From assembly GCF_009914755.1 (NCBI RefSeq), contig NC_060931.1: a stretch of 64,000 nucleotides of DNA; one strand, written 5' to 3'. The DNA is from the human T2T-CHM13v2.0 reference genome, Homo sapiens. This document shows, one piece after another, positions 1-15,377 of this stretch. A model generated the notes under the pieces. The model did not search any database and had not been told where the DNA came from. It saw nothing but the letters and a program-made list of their open reading frames with translations. Numbering within the stretch: the first letter of the stretch is position 1; each line of letters opens with the position of its first letter. The position numbers were made by a program, and so were the translations under genes.

Positions 1-71
1 GGTTGAATACAGTAGCCTTTTAAAATTGCTCTTTGAATATAATATCCACTCTCTCCTAGCCTGTAAGGTTT

Positions 72-601
<530 letters not shown>

Positions 602-3299
602 CCTGTAAGGTTTTGTTGAGAAGTTTGCTGCTAGCTGTATTAGAACTTCTTTATATGTTATCTTATTTTCTCTTGCTGCTTTTAGAATCTTCTTTCTGCC
701 TTTGATCTTTGACAGTTTGATTATAACATGTCTTGATTATAATATGTAGTCATATTTGGATTAAATCTGGCTGGAGAACTTTGACTTTCCTGTACCTGGA
801 TATTTAAATCTTTCTCTAGGTTTAAAAATGTTCTGCTACTTTTTCTTTAAAATAGCTTTCTACTTATGTTTCTCTTTTCTCTCTTAAACTCCAGTGGTTT
901 GAAGTTTGCTCTTTTGATGCTGTCCTATAAATCCTGTAAGCTTTCTTTATTCTTTTTTATTCAGTTTTCTTTTTTCTCCTCTGACTATATATTTTCAAAT
1001 AAGCTATCATTGAGACACAGATTCCTTCTTCTGCCTGATTAATTCTGCTGTTGATGCTTTCTATTGCATTTTTCATTTTGTTTATTGTATCTTTAGCTCT
1101 AGGGTTTCTGTTTGATTTTTTAAAAATTACTTTCAACTACTCTAATACATCTTTCATTCTGGTCCCTTATTGTTTTCCTTATTTCATTGATTTTTTTCCT
1201 CTGTATTTTCCTGAAGTTTGCTGAGCTTTCTTAAAATAGTTATTTTAAAATCTTTATCATGCAGTTCATGCATCTTCATCTTTTTAGGGTTGGTCACTTG
1301 CACTTTATTTTGTCCATGGGTATTGTCATGTTTCCTTGATTGCTCTGTATCCTTGTGATTGTACATTAATGTCTGTGCATTTGAAGAAGTGGATACTTAT
1401 TCCAGTCTTCACAGAGTAACTTTGTCTGGAAAAGCCCTCCAGCAGGTGCAACACTGGGATGTGCCAGAAGCTGGGGGCATTTGTGGCCAGTGTGTCACTG
1501 GGGTATGCCAGAAATCTGGGGCAGCTGCAGCTAGCATGGCACTGTCAGAAGCTGGGGGCTTACCATGCAGGCATGGTGCTGTGGTGCACCAGAAGCCTAA
1601 TGCAGTTGTAGCTGATATAGTGCTGCTGGAAGACCAGGGCTAACTACAGCATGCACAGTGCTTTTGTAGGCCAAAAACTTGGAGTGGCTGAGGCCTGTCT
1701 GCTGCAGAGGGCTATTTGGAGCATGGGCTGTTGATATCAGCCCAGTAATGGTGCAGGCCAAAGATCAAGTTTGTCACACAAGTCTGAGGTCTGAAACTGT
1801 GAAACCCTGCCTGGTCCTGGGGCAGACTGGATTATGGGGCCATGGGGGTCTGTCCAGAACTAGGTTTTGCTGTGGTGGGCTCACAGCCCACCACAGTTTT
1901 AAATGTGGTGGGTTTTAAATGACCTTGTATTTGAAAGCAGTTTCTCTATGTCTCTTTGCCTATCCTTATACTACACTTCTACTTAAAATGTAGCTTTAAA
2001 AAATATTGTTGCTATGTGACTCATCCTGACTGGACTTTCCCCAATCACCCATTAAAAACCTATGAAAACACATAGTTACTATAATTATTTAATTCAATGA
2101 ACATCTGTACTCCTATGAAGTGCGAAGCCCCATGTCAGTTTTTAGAGATGCAGATGTCGAACACAGTCCCTTCCCTTAAGTGGCTCATGATTTAATCTGC
2201 AATTGCTCTCAAAATTAAGGATGAGAATTGACTACATTCCATTACCCAGAAGGAATTTCTGCTGTTTCCTTTGGTGGGCTGGATTAAGAAACTCTAGCCA
2301 TACTGTTTCTGGTATGGCTGCTCCTATACAATGCAACATCTCCAGGTATAATTTGAAGGTGACCCCTTAGTTCACTAACACTGCATCTTCCCAGTGAAAG
2401 TTCTAGAAACCAGAGTGTCAGGCAATCACCTCTCTCTGAACAAAAATTGTTTCTGGAGATGGCTGGAAAATGTCTCAGAACCAGTCCTTTCAGTTTAACA
2501 CTACTGATTAGGCACCCTGCTAGGCATTTTTTTTTTGATAGCCTCAAGAGATAGTCTAGTAGAGAAGACAGATATTTAAACAAGTAAATTGAATAGAAGT
2601 ATGTGCATGGAGAAAAGTAGTAGAGATTAATCCTGTGTGCATGAGAGATTAGCCAGAAAAGTCTTAATGGAGGAAGGAATCACTAAACAGAAGTTTGAAA
2701 AATAATCTAGAGTTTTATAGATGAGTCATATAGGATAGGGTGGTACAGCTGGCATTTTAAGTATGTGCAAAAACGTACAGTTACAAAACAGAAAGATATG
2801 ATGTCTAGATGATAAGCATCAACTCTCCTTTTAAGGCTGCAGTTTTCAGATGTAATGTGGCTGGAGATGGAGAAGAATGAAAAGCACCTGTTGAGAACCC
2901 TCAGGAGTAAAGATGTTAAAAAGATATAACTCTCCTTACATCACTTTCCTCATTAAAGAGGACTGGTTCAAAGATGGACTCAGTTTCCCTGGGAAATGAA
3001 TTTTCTTCTTTATGACTAGGGAATGATGGAGGTGGTCCAGTGTTGGGTGAAATTACTTAGTTGACCTAACTACTGAGAACGGAGCTCAAAGCTCTGCACA
3101 TCAGCTTGCTCTTGGCTTCATATCTGATGGATGATTCTTCCAGTTCTAGAGGGGAAATTATAGAAAACACACTTGTACAGTCTGTTCTCCAATATAGGGC
3201 CTGGACGGGTCCTCCTGTTTAATGATAAGTAAATAAACAGTTGAAAGAACAGCCTGTACAGCACCAAAGTAGGGAGACAAGACACAGAATAAAACTATA

Positions 3300-4005
3300 A
3301 AATATAAATTAACTTTGCTATGAGAACCAGAAGAAAATTTTAGAAGATATTTGCTTGATGATTTTTATTAATATACAAAAGGAAATCGCCTCTATGAACA
3401 GGAAGAAACTTTAGGAAGGGAGTTACTGAAATGAAAACCATAGTAGGCAAATTCAAATCCATATTGAAGTCAGAAAAGAACAAATTATTCCGCAGAGAAA
3501 ATGGAATAAGTAATATATGACAGCAGTTTTGAAATGTTTTAAAAAGCTATGGATCCTCTTCTTTAAAGAAAGCACACATAGACCCTTACCATGTAAAAGT
3601 GATGAATGAGATTGTAGTTGAAGTGCAGATGGGGTCCCAGTGCCCCATTGACTACACTTTCTTCCTTCACCCAAACAGTGGGTCCCAAAGGGGTTCTCTG
3701 GAGCTTCCACTGAAGTTTCTTTAGAACACTGAGAACCACTGAGGTAGAGGCTAAAATTGAGAGGGCACTCCCAGAATAAACAATAGAAAGTTGAAAATGA
3801 TGAGAGAAGATAACAGATATGAAAGAGTGATCACAAAGATCTAGCCCAGGAATAATAAATATTGCTGGAGGAGGACACATGATTAATTAAGGTTGAATTA
3901 ATTTATAATGCAAGTTGTATTAGAAGAAAACTCCTTATCAAAACAACCAAGCAAATCTGAATCTAAAGATTGAGAAAGGACTTGTATTCCAGGCAGGATT
4001 AAGAG
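3300..4005 (+). mobile_element. Old L1M ORF1 fragment (target of the L1PB insertion; resumes at about 13032-13085)
   Basis: A-rich, degenerate ORF1-like sequence (atctaaagattgagaaagg...ccaggcagg). It continues after the L1PB as atcctgctgaaatttataaattttaaagg. Confidence 0.55.
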
Positions 4006-4498
4006 ATCCATGATTTTTATCTCCAAGATGGTAGATTGGAGGCATTATTAGCATACCTCTTGCACTTACAAAGACAAAATAGTGTGTAGAGAGTCACACT
4101 GTGAACTTTTTCTGAGAAGCAACATGGAGCTGAGCAGGAAAACTGAAAGAAATCACAGACCCTTTGAAAGAAGTGATGGACTGCAGCCTACTTGAGCCAG
4201 GTAGAAAACTGTAAGTCCTCAGAGTATGAGAGGGGGAGAAACTGTCTCTGGGATGTATACTCCCACTAGGCAACCTGGCAATCCAGGCCACAGGGGAAGA
4301 TTTTTAACTCTACCCAGTGCTGGAGCTGATTTAATGATCAGTGGGGAGTAAATGAGAAGGAGTGTCATCAGGATGCACTTTCTGTGCACTCTCAGACTCC
4401 AGCAGGAATAGGGGGAAGCCACTCATGATCCTGCCTCACGGGACCTCATGGAAGTCAGCCAGATAACTCAGGCAGTGGTCACAGGTTGAGAGAAGCTC

Positions 4499-5137
4499 CA
4501 GGAAACAACAGATGCTGGAGAGGATGTGGAGAAATAGGAACGCTTTTACACTGCTGGTGGGAGTGTAAATTAGTTCAACCATTGTGGAAGACGGTGTGGC
4601 GATTCCTCAAGGATCTAGAACTAGAAATACCGTTTGACCCAGCAATCCCATTACTGGGTAGATATCCAAAGGATTATAAATGATTTTATTATAAAGACAC
4701 ATGCACGTGTATGTTTATTGCATCACTGTTCACAATAGCAAAGACTTGGAACCAATCCAAATGCCCATCAATGATAAACTGGATAAAGCAAATGTGGCAC
4801 ATATATACCATGGAATACTATGCAGCCATAAAAAGGGATGAGTTCATGTCCTTTGCAGGAACGTGGATGAAGCTGGAAACCATCATTCTCAGCAAACTAA
4901 CACAAGAACAGAAAACCAAACATCACATGTTCTCACTCATAAGTGGGAGCTGAACAATGAGAACACATGGACATGGGGGGTGGGGGGGGTGGGGAAGGGA
5001 GAGCATTAGGAGAAATACCTAATGTAGATGATGGGTTGATGGGAGCAGCAAACCACCATGGCACGTGTATACCTATGTAACAAACCTGCACGTTCTGCAC
5101 ATGTACCCCAGAACTTAAAGCATAATAATAAAAACAA
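4499..5137 (+). mobile_element. 5'-truncated L1PA7/8-like fragment (ORF2 C-terminus and 3' UTR) inside the L1PB 5' UTR
   Basis: Encodes [30 protein letters not shown] and ..HHMFSLISGS*. The 3' UTR ends gaacttaaagcataataataaaa. No clear TSD. Confidence 0.9.
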
Positions 5138-7213
5138 AGATTCACAGTATAGTCTTGAGTGGGGACAAACCCCTTTGGCCAGAACCAAGAGGCAAGTGGG
5201 AAGTGTGCTATAGCCATGGGCAGAGAGCTGGATGTCCCTGCTTTGTGGGTGGACAGAGAGAGGCATGGCATGGAAGCCATGGTTTCTGTGTTATGGGGAA
5301 GGTTTATGGCCTGGGGCAGTTTTGAGTTCTGAGCACAGACTGTCTGGAACCCAGCTAGCTGCTGATAGCAGAACATCGTGGGTGTGAGAACTGCCTTGCC
5401 AAGTGCTTGGGAGCTTGGTGGGGTTTACTGTCACCTGCTACTCCCCACTCCCCATGCAGACTCTTTTGTGTAACAGAGATGGCTGCACTCCTCCCTGAAA
5501 CATTACCCCAGTGCCCAAAGAACTGCCTTCTATCCCCACTGGGGCTGCTGCTTGTGCCCACACATGGGGAGCCCGAGCACAGACTTGCCTGAAACAGCCA
5601 CCACCTGCTTTTGCCTCTCTCTCTGCCCTAGTAGCTTAACACAAAGGGCAGGAACTTTTGGGAGCTCTATAGCCCCACCTATTACCTGAGACACTAGAGT
5701 ACCTCCCCTGGGTAACATAAGGCAGGCACAAGTCCCACCGCTACAAATACAGCTGGTGTTCTTTTGCAAGTGCTACCTCCTGGTTGGAAGTCAACTGACA
5801 CAGTCCATTACAACATCTGCCGGCAAAATGACACAGCACTCAGGAAGGAGAAAACTTGTGTGTGATCTCAACTATCACTGTTTCCTGCATCACCCTGGCT
5901 AACTAGGAGGTCCCGATTGTGTCCATGTGACCAGTTCATCACTATTACAGCTAGCAGTTGAGAAAGCCAACATACTAAGGCTATGTATAACCAAGAAAGT
6001 CTCACAGAACCTACATCACTCCCTTGCCATCCCCATCAGAGATGGTGCGAGTACATGCTGCTGGGAGACTCGACAGCTTACATCACTGGATTCTTTGTAG
6101 ACATTCCTCAGCACCAGCTTGGAGTGTGGCAGCCCCACTGGCAGCTAGACCCAGAGGAGCAGCAGGCTTCCCAGTAGTCTAGCTCTTAGGGACTGCTACT
6201 CCCAGGAGAAGAGGGAGTATACCTCATCAAGGGAGCACCCCGTGGGATGAAAGCATCCTAATGGCAGGCTTTCAGTCTCAGAACTCTCCATTTGTGGGAA
6301 GTTTCTTTTAGCAGAGGCACTGGTGCAGTGCTGGGCTCAGTGGGGAACATCTGTAGCTCTACTGCAGCAGTCAGGTAGCCCTGGTGCTAGTGAAGGGTCT
6401 TGGAGAAGAGGTCTGCTCCCACTCATCTACCATTGCAGACACAGATGGGGCTTCTCCCATGGGAGCTCGGCATGGGTGCACCTGTAGACAGCCTTTCTGT
6501 AACACTTCAGTGTGGCTGCATCCCTACAAGAGGAGTGCCCTCCAGGTTCAGGCTTGTATGATAGGTAGAATCATAATCCCTCTCTATATGGAACATCAGC
6601 ATTCCTACAGATAAAAAGAGGTGCCTGTCTGATCTGAATAGCTGCAACAGTGGGTCAGGAGTGTGACTTGGAGGTGGATCACCTTCCTACTGGCCAGGCA
6701 GGGGAGCAGAGATGGCTCCCACCCTTCTCCCTGAAAAGACCTCAGTGCATTTCCCTGAGAGCTCCCTCAGCCACCTCTGTCAAGGCAGGGACCTCTGCCC
6801 ACCAATGGGTATTGCATTTACTTATCTGCTTTAGGCACAGCCAGTTTTTAACCCATGGACACCTCCTACTAGCCTAAAGCCTGAACTGTTCAACCCAGTG
6901 AGTAAAATACTGGGGAAAAGAGTAAATAAATAAATAAATAAGTGCACACCACTGGAGAATGAGATAAGCTTCAAGAGACCGCTTCCATTCCAACCCCACA
7001 GGAGACAGTGAACCTACATACACACCGAGCACATTGCTACTACAACCAGCATCTGAGAAAGCCATCATGCAAAGACTCTTTATAATGAAAGAATTCGTAC
7101 TGAGTCTTCACCCCTGAAAGCACCCAGAATCCAATTAGGTTATAATAAACTATGAACAGTGAAGTCACATCCTCAAGGGGAAAATAAAAAAATTTTAAAA
7201 ATCAGTCAAAATA

Positions 7214-7501
<288 letters not shown>

Positions 7502-7841
7502 AAAAATCAGTCAAAATAAAAATGAATTCAAAAATACTTAGAATAATTAGTCTACCCAAATGAGAAGGAACCAGAGAAATAATTCCAGCAATACGACAAA
7601 ACAGGGCTCTATAACACCCCCAAAAGATCACATTAGCTCGCTGGCAATGGCTCCAAACCAAGATAAAATATTTGAAATACCTGATAAATAATTCAAAAAG
7701 TTGATTATGAAGTTACTCAAGGATATACAAGAGAAAGGTGAAGACCAACATAAAGAATTTTAAAAAAATTTAGGATATGAATGAAAAATTTTCTAAAGAG
7801 ATAGACATTTTAAAGAAAAACCAATCAGAACTTCTGGAAAT

Positions 7842-7981
7842 GAAAGACACATTTAAGGAATTAGGAAATGCAGTGGAAAGCTGTAACAATAGACTAACCA
7901 AGAAGAAGAAAGAAAGACACATTTAAGGACTTACAAAATGCACTGGGAAGTTTAACAATAGACTAGACCAAGTAGAATAAA
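7842..7981 (+). repeat. Diverged 70-bp tandem duplication inside L1PB ORF1
   Basis: gaaagacacatttaagga...aacaatagacta..ccaag repeats at 7842 and 7912. Confidence 0.85.
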
Positions 7982-8705
7982 TAATTTTAGAGCACAAAGA
8001 CAAGGCTTTTGAATTAACCCAGTCAGACAAAAATAAAGAAAAAAGAATTAAAAGAAATGAACAAAGTCTTCAAGAAATATGGAATTAGGTAAAATGGCCA
8101 AACCTAAGAATCATTGGTGTTCCTGAGGGAGAAAAAAAGCAAAAAAATTGGAAAACTTATTTGAGGGAATAATTGAGGAACACTTCCCTGACTTTGTTAG
8201 AACTTTAGACATGCAAATACAGGAAGCTCAAAGAACTGCTGGGAGATTTGCTGCAAAAAGGACATAACCAAGGTTCTGTTATGTAAAGTTAACATGAAGG
8301 AAAGAATTCTAAGAGCAGTGAGGCAGAAGCATCAGGCAAGCTATAAAGGAAAACCTATCAGACTAACAGCGTACTTCTCAGCAGAAACCTTACATGCCAG
8401 AAGGGATTGAGTTCCTATCTTTAGTCTCCTTAAACAGAGAAACTCTCAGCCAAGAATTTTATATCCAAAAAAAAAAAAAAACTAAATTTCATAAATGAAG
8501 GAGAAACATATTCCTTTTTGACAAGAAAATGCTGAGAGAAGTTGTCACTATAAGACCAGCCTTAGAAGAAATACAAAAAGAGTTCTAAAACTTAAAACAA
8601 AATGTCAGTATCCCCGAGTGTAGAGCCTCTTGACAGCATAAAACTCACAGCACCCATAAAACAATAATACAATAAAGAAAACAAAGTAACTAGGTAACAA
8701 TCAAC

Positions 8706-11700
8706 ATGAGGAGTGGAACAGTATATCACATCTCAATATTAAAAGTTGAATGTCAGTGGTCTAAATGTTCCACTGAAAAGGTGCAGATTGGCAGAATGGA
8801 TAAAAAAAAATCACAAACCAAATAGACATACCTAACACACAAGGATTCTTGTAGACTCAAGGTAAAGGAGTGGGAAAAGATATTCCATGCAAATGAAAAC
8901 CAAAAGCAGGCAGGAGTGGCTATTGTTATATCAGATAAAACAGTCTTTGATGCAACAACAGTAAAAAAAGAAAAAAGACAAAGAAGGTTATTATATAATG
9001 ATAAAAGGATCAACCCAATAAGAAGATATTACATTCCTACATATATATTGGTAACTGGAGCTCTCAGATTCATAAAACAATACCAGACCAAAGGAAAGAG
9101 ATAAACAGTAACACAATAATAGTGGGGGACTTCAACACTACTGATAGCACTAGACAGATCATCAAGGCAGAAAGTCAACAAAGAAACACTGGACTTAAAC
9201 TGCATTCTAGAACAAATGAACCTAACAGATATTTACAGAACATTCTACCCAACAATGGCAGAATATACTTTCTTCTCATCAGCACATGGAATATTCTTCA
9301 AGACAGACCATATGATACACCACAAAAGAAGTCTCAATAAATTTAAAAAATTTGAAATCATGTCAAGTATTGTCTCAGACTACAGTGGAATAAAACTAGA
9401 AAACAATTCTAAAAGGAACCCTCAAAACTATATAAATACATTAAAATTAAACAATCTGCTCCTGAATGATTTTGGGGTTTACAATGAAATAAGGATGGAA
9501 ATTTAAAAAATTCTTCAAAATTAATGATAACAAATGACACAAGTTATCAAAACCTCTGGGATACAGCAAAAGCAGTGCTAAAGGGAAAGTTTATAGTGCT
9601 AAATGCCTACATCGAAAAGTCTGAAAGATCACAAATTGACATCCTAATATCATACCTCAAGGCACAAGAGAAACAAGAACAAATGAAACCCAAAGCTAGC
9701 AGAAGAAAAGCAATAACAAAAATCAGAGTAGAATGAAATAAAATGAAACAAAAAATACAAAAGTCAATTAAATGAAAAGTTATTTCTTTGAAAAGATAAA
9801 ATCGTTAGACCAATAGCTAGATTAACTAAGAAGAAGAAGATTCAAGTAAGCTCAATTAGAAATGAAAATGGAGACATTACAGTTGACACCCTAGAAATCT
9901 GAAAGATCGTTTGAGACTACTGTGACTACCTCTATGCACACAAACTAGAAAATCTAGAAGAAATGGATACATTTCTAGAAATATGCAACCCTCCTAGCTT
10001 GAATCAGGAAGAAATAGAAATCCTGAACAGACCTATAACAAAGAGTGAGATTGAATCAGTAATAAAAAAATTTGCCAACAACAGTGAAAAAAGTCCAGGG
10101 CCATATGAGTTCATAGCCAAATTCTACTAGACATTCGAATAATTGGTACCAATCCTACTGAAATTATTCTAAAAGATTGAGAAAGAGGGATCCTTCCTAA
10201 CTTACTCTATAAAGCCAGTATCACCCTGATACCAAAGCCAGGAAAGAACATAACCAAAAAAAAAAAAAAAAGAAAACTACAAACTAATATCCCTGGTGAA
10301 CATAGATGCAAAAATCCTCAACAAAATACTAGCAAACTGAATCCAACAGCACATAAAAAAGAGAATTCACCATGATCAAGTGGATTTCATCCAAGGGATG
10401 CAGGGATGGTTCAACATATGCAATTCAATAAATATGATTCATCACATAAACAGAACCAAAACAAAAACCATATGATCACCTCAATAGATGCAGAAAAAGC
10501 ATTCAATAAAATCCAGTATCACTTTATGATAAAAACCCTCAACAAGCTAGGCATAGAAAGAAAATACCAAAAAATAATAAATGCCATATATAGCAAACCC
10601 ACAACCAACATCACACTGAATGGGGAAAAGTTGAAAGCATTCTCCCTAAGAACTGGAATGAGACAAGGACGCCCACTTTCACCACTTCCATTCAATACTG
10701 GGAGTCCTAGCCAGAGCAATCAGGCAAGAGAAAGAAATAAAGGGCATCCAAATTGGAGAAGATTAAGTCAAACTATCTCTGCTTGCTGATGATATAATTG
10801 TATACTTAGAAAACCCTAAATACTCCTCCAAGATACTCCTAGATTTGATAAATGAATTCAGTAAATGTACACAAATCAGTAGCACTACTATACACCAACA
10901 ACAGCCAAGTTGAGAATCAAATCAAGAACTCAATCCCTTTTACAACAGCTGCAAAAAAAAAAAAAGAGAGAGAGACAGACAGACAGACAGACTTGGGAAT
11001 ATACTTAACCAAGGAGGTGAAAGATCTCTACAAGGAAGACTATAAAAACACCGCTGAAAGAAACTATAGATGACACAAACAAATGGATATACATCCCATG
11101 CTCATGGAAGTATCAATATCATGAAAATGACCATACTACCTGAAGCAATCTATACACTCAATGCAATTCCTATCAAAATACCAGTATGATTTTTCACAGA
11201 ATTAGAAAAAACAATCCTATAATTCATATGGAATAAAAAAGAGCCCAAATAGCGAAAGCAATCCTGAGCAAAAAGATCAAATCTGGAGACATCACGTTAC
11301 CCAACTTCAAATTATACTACAAGGCTGTAGTAACCAAAACAGTATGGAACTGGTTTAAAAGTACATACATAGACCAATGGAACGGAATAGAGAACCCAAA
11401 CCCAGAAATAAAGCCCGATACTTATAACCAACTGATCTTTGACAAAGCATACAAAAATATAAATTGGGGAAAGGATATCCTATTCAAAAAGTGGTGCTGG
11501 GAAAACTGAATAGCCACATGTAGAAGTGCGAAACTGGATCCTTATCTCTCATCACATACAAACATCAATTCAACATAGAATAATGACAAATCTAAGACCT
11601 GAAACCATAAAAATTCTAGAAGAAAACCTAGGAAAAAAACTCTTTGGACATTGGCCTAGGCAAAGAATTAATGACTAAGAACCCAAAAGCAAAATGTAAC

Positions 11701-12510
11701 AAAAACAAAAATAAATAAATGGGACCTAATTAAACTAAAAAGCTTGTGCACAGCAAAAGAAATAATAATCAGACAACATGCAGAATGAATAGACAACCTT
11801 CAAAATGGTATTAAATATTTGCAAACTATGCATCTGACAAGGGACTAATATCCAGACTCTACAGCAAGAAACAAACAAATGATCTCATCAAAAAGCGGGC
11901 AATGACATGCACAGATATTTCTCAAAAGATTATGTACATCTGGCTAACATATGAAAAAATGCTCAACATCACTAATCATCAGGGAAATGCAAATTAAAAG
12001 CACAATGAAATACCACTTACCTTGTCCAGAATGGCCATTATTAAAATGTCAAAAAACAATAGATGTGGATGGTGGATGTGGTGAAAAGGGACCAGCCTAC
12101 ACACTGCTGGTCGGAATGCAAATTAGTACAACCTCTGTGGAAAACAGTATGGAGATGTCTCAAAGAACAAAAAGTAGATCTATCATTTGATCCAGCAATC
12201 CCACTACTGGGTGTCTATTCATGGGAAAAGAAGTCATTATATCAAAAAGGCACCTGCCTGTGTATGTTTATCACAGCACAATTCACAATTGCAAAGACAC
12301 GGAACCAATCTAAGTGCCTACCAACTGATGAGCAGATAAAGAAAATGTGGCATATATACACCATGGAATACTACTCAGCCATAAAAAGCAACAAAATAAT
12401 GTATTGTGCAGCAACTCGGATGGAGCTGGAGACCATTATTCTAAGTGAAGTAACTTAGGAATGGAAAACCAAATAACCTATGTTCTCACTTATAAGTGGG
12501 AGCTAAGCTC
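8706..12510 (+). pseudogene. L1PB ORF2 remnant (endonuclease, RT, C-terminal domain) with many stops and frameshifts
   Basis: Serial ORF2-like peptides in different frames (9216-9506, 9524-9736, 10406-10789, 12063-12458). RT motif region tgctgatgatataattgtatacttagaaaaccc near 10784. Confidence 0.9.
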
Positions 12511-12726
12511 TGGGTATGCAAAGGCAGACAGAGTGGTATAATGGGTGTGGGAGACTTGGAAGGGGAGAGGGCAGGAGGGGAATGACGGATAAAAAATTAC
12601 ATATTGGGTACAGTGTACACTACTCAGATGATGGTGCCCTAAAATCTCAGACTTCACTGCTATACAATTCATCCTTGTAACCAGAAATCACTTGTACCCC
12701 TAAAGCTATTGAAATAAAAAAAAATC

Positions 12727-13021
12727 GGCTGGGCGCAGTGGCTCACACCTGTAATCCTAGCACTTTGGGAGGCTGAGGCGGGCAGATCAGGAGGTCAGGA
12801 GTTCCAGATCAGCCTGGCCAACATGGTGAAACCCCATCTCTACTAAAAATACAAAAATTAGCTGGGCATGGTGGCATGTGCCTGTAATCCTAGCTACTCA
12901 GGAGGCTGAGGCAAGAGAATCGCTTGAGCTTGTAAGGCTGAGGTTGCAGTGATCTGAGATTGTGCCACTGCACTCCAGCCTGGGACAGAGTGAGACTCTG
13001 TCTCAAAACAAAACAAAACAA
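12727..13021 (+). mobile_element. AluS inserted at the L1PB poly(A)/3' TSD
   Basis: Full dimer ggctgggcgcagtggctc...gagactctgtctc with a (caaaa)n tail. Flanked by aaatc on both sides. Confidence 0.95.
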
Positions 13022-13089
13022 ATCCACGATTGTATGTATCCTGCTGAAATTTATAAATTTTAAAGGTAAGCAAAAAAAAATTATTGATC

Positions 13090-13260
13090 ATTCATCATGT
13101 GCTGAACACTAAACATTATCATCTTTCACAATGATGATATAAGACATAAATATACATTTATAAGCAATGAGATGAGGAAGCTGGGGCTCTGAGAAGTTAC
13201 ATAACCTCATCCACACCTCAGCAGCAGTACTAGGTGATAGACTTTGGATTTAAACATGGG
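13090..13260 (-). mobile_element. MIR
   Basis: gatgaggaagctggggctctgagaagttacataacct...ggatttaaac matches the antisense MIR core. Confidence 0.6.
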
Positions 13261-13959
13261 CATACAAGAAGATGAACAAATTACCTAAAAAGGAAACAAT
13301 TCACATTATTATTAAAACATTTTTGCAATCCAGAATACCACAGAAACTGGAGAAATGACAATTACAGTGTTTCTGAACACTGTCTTCTCATCACAGTCAC
13401 TTTTGGGGCTTTATAAACGTCACAGTTGAGTGAGCCCCATCTTAGACTGATTAAACCTGGAAATAGGATCACATTGCCAGTTTTAAGATCTGCTGTTCTA
13501 CAAAATTTGTCAGAGAAAAAGATTATGGTATAAAAATTCTAAGCCTTCCTAAATTTGTGTGTGAAAGCAATAAATTGACATTCCCATATCTTTAAGATTT
13601 TTATAAAATGTACCACCTAGGTATTCTTCCTGAAAAATGTATTTGTACCTGTCCTTCTGTTCAATAAGAGCTGAACTCATATTAAATTGTGAGGAGTGTT
13701 AAGAGAAAAAAAGTCATACTGTGACACTAAGTAAATACACAGAAATAAGTGTGATAGTATGACTATAGTTGCAATGTGGAATGTAACAACTTAAAAATCA
13801 TAAAGAGAATGTTACAGAGAACAACGATGGGATTTAAAACCTCAAATTAAATTAACGAAGACCTGGAAGTTGCAAAGAACACAGAGAAAGTGAAAGGACT
13901 TAATTACTTGGCTGTCATTGTAGGAAACAGAAAGTTGTTTGATTAATGATCTTTATAGC

Positions 13960-14440
13960 TAGATAAAGGTTAAGGAATGTTTTTGAAAAGTGTAAGATAA
14001 ATCACTGGTAGAATTTAAATCATGATATATTGATGTCAGTGCAGAAAACCAAACGTGAAGTTTTTGAGGGCTGAGAAGCAAATGGGATGAAAGGAAGTAA
14101 AGACAAGTATGACACCATTTGCAAGGATGTCTACCGTGAAAATTAGCAGAAACCCAGGGCAGGGACTAGAGGAGGATGTGGAGTCAAAAGAGAGTATTCC
14201 TTTTGATGTTAAAAATGGATGCCAATAAGCATATTTGTATGCCATCAGAAAAGATGCAGTAGGAAAGGAGAAACTGAAGATGTGAAAGAGAAATAAGACA
14301 ATGGCTTGGAGTGAAGTCTTTGAGCAAGTGAAAAGCAATAGAACCAAAGAAAATGGGTGGAGGGGTCACCCTTAGATGGTAGTATACACAGTTTAGCCAT
14401 TGTTACAGGATGAAAGGTAGAATGTGTGGCCATAACAATT
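13960..14440 (-). mobile_element. L2 fragment (continues about 15510-15910)
   Basis: Purine-rich antisense L2 ORF2-like sequence (agaggaggatgtggagtcaaaagagag..). Confidence 0.55.
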
Positions 14441-14469
14441 ATTAACTTTGTGCCCTATTGGTCAACTTT

Positions 14470-15185
14470 AATTTTATTGTAGTAATAAGTCTTAACTTGA
14501 GATCTTCCCTCTTAATATATTTTTAAGTATACAATACAATATTGTTAACCATGGCCACAATGTAATTCAGAATATCTCTAGAACATATTCATTTTGCATT
14601 ACAGAAACTTACACATTGAACAGCAACTCCCCATTTCTCCGTTCCTCCCCTCACTGGCAACCACCATACTGCTCTCTGCTTCTATGAGTTTGACTATTAG
14701 ATACCTCATATATGTGGAATTATGCCATCTTTGTCCTTCTGTGACTGATTTATTTCATTTTGCATAATGTCCTCCAGGTTCATCCATGTTGTATATGCAT
14801 ACTGCAGGATTTCCTGTTTTATTAAGGCTGAATAATATTCCATTGTATGCCACATTTTCTTTATCCACTGATGGACATTTAGGTTGTTTCAGCTTGTTGG
14901 CTATTGTGAATCAATGCTGCAATGAACATGTGAGTACTAATATCTCTTCAAGAGCCTGATTTCAATTCCTTTGGATAAATATCCATAAATGGAATTACTA
15001 GATTATATGATAGCTCTATTTTTATTTTTTTCAGGAAACTCCATACTGTTTTCCTTGAGGGTTGCATCATTTTTCTTTCCCACCAACAGTGTACAAAGAT
15101 TCTAATTTCTCTACATTCTTGCCAAACTTGTCTGTTTTTTTTTTTTAATAGCAGTCATCCTAACAGGTGTGAGATATCTCAGTGT
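14470..15185 (-). mobile_element. L1MA9/10-like 3' end
   Basis: tgagatcttccctcttaa...aatacaatattgttaac...tctctagaac, followed by antisense ORF2 C-terminus (tttcccaccaacagtgtaca). Confidence 0.8.
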
Positions 15186-15214
15186 CATGAGCGATTTCTC
15201 TACTTTTTTGCCCC

Positions 15215-15350
15215 TAAATTTCAGTTCTATAAAATGGAGAAAATGATACCCACCTCATGGTTGTGAGGATTAAATGAGTTCATGCATATAAATTCCTAGG
15301 AAAAAATGCTCCGCAAATAGTAGGTAGTCAATAAAAGCAGCTATTATTAT
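15215..15350 (+). mobile_element. MIR
   Basis: taaaatggagaaaatgatacccacctcatggttgtgaggattaaatgag...tagtaggtagtcaataaa. Confidence 0.75.
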
Positions 15351-15377
15351 TTTCTTTAAAAAAATAAGTGCAGAAGA

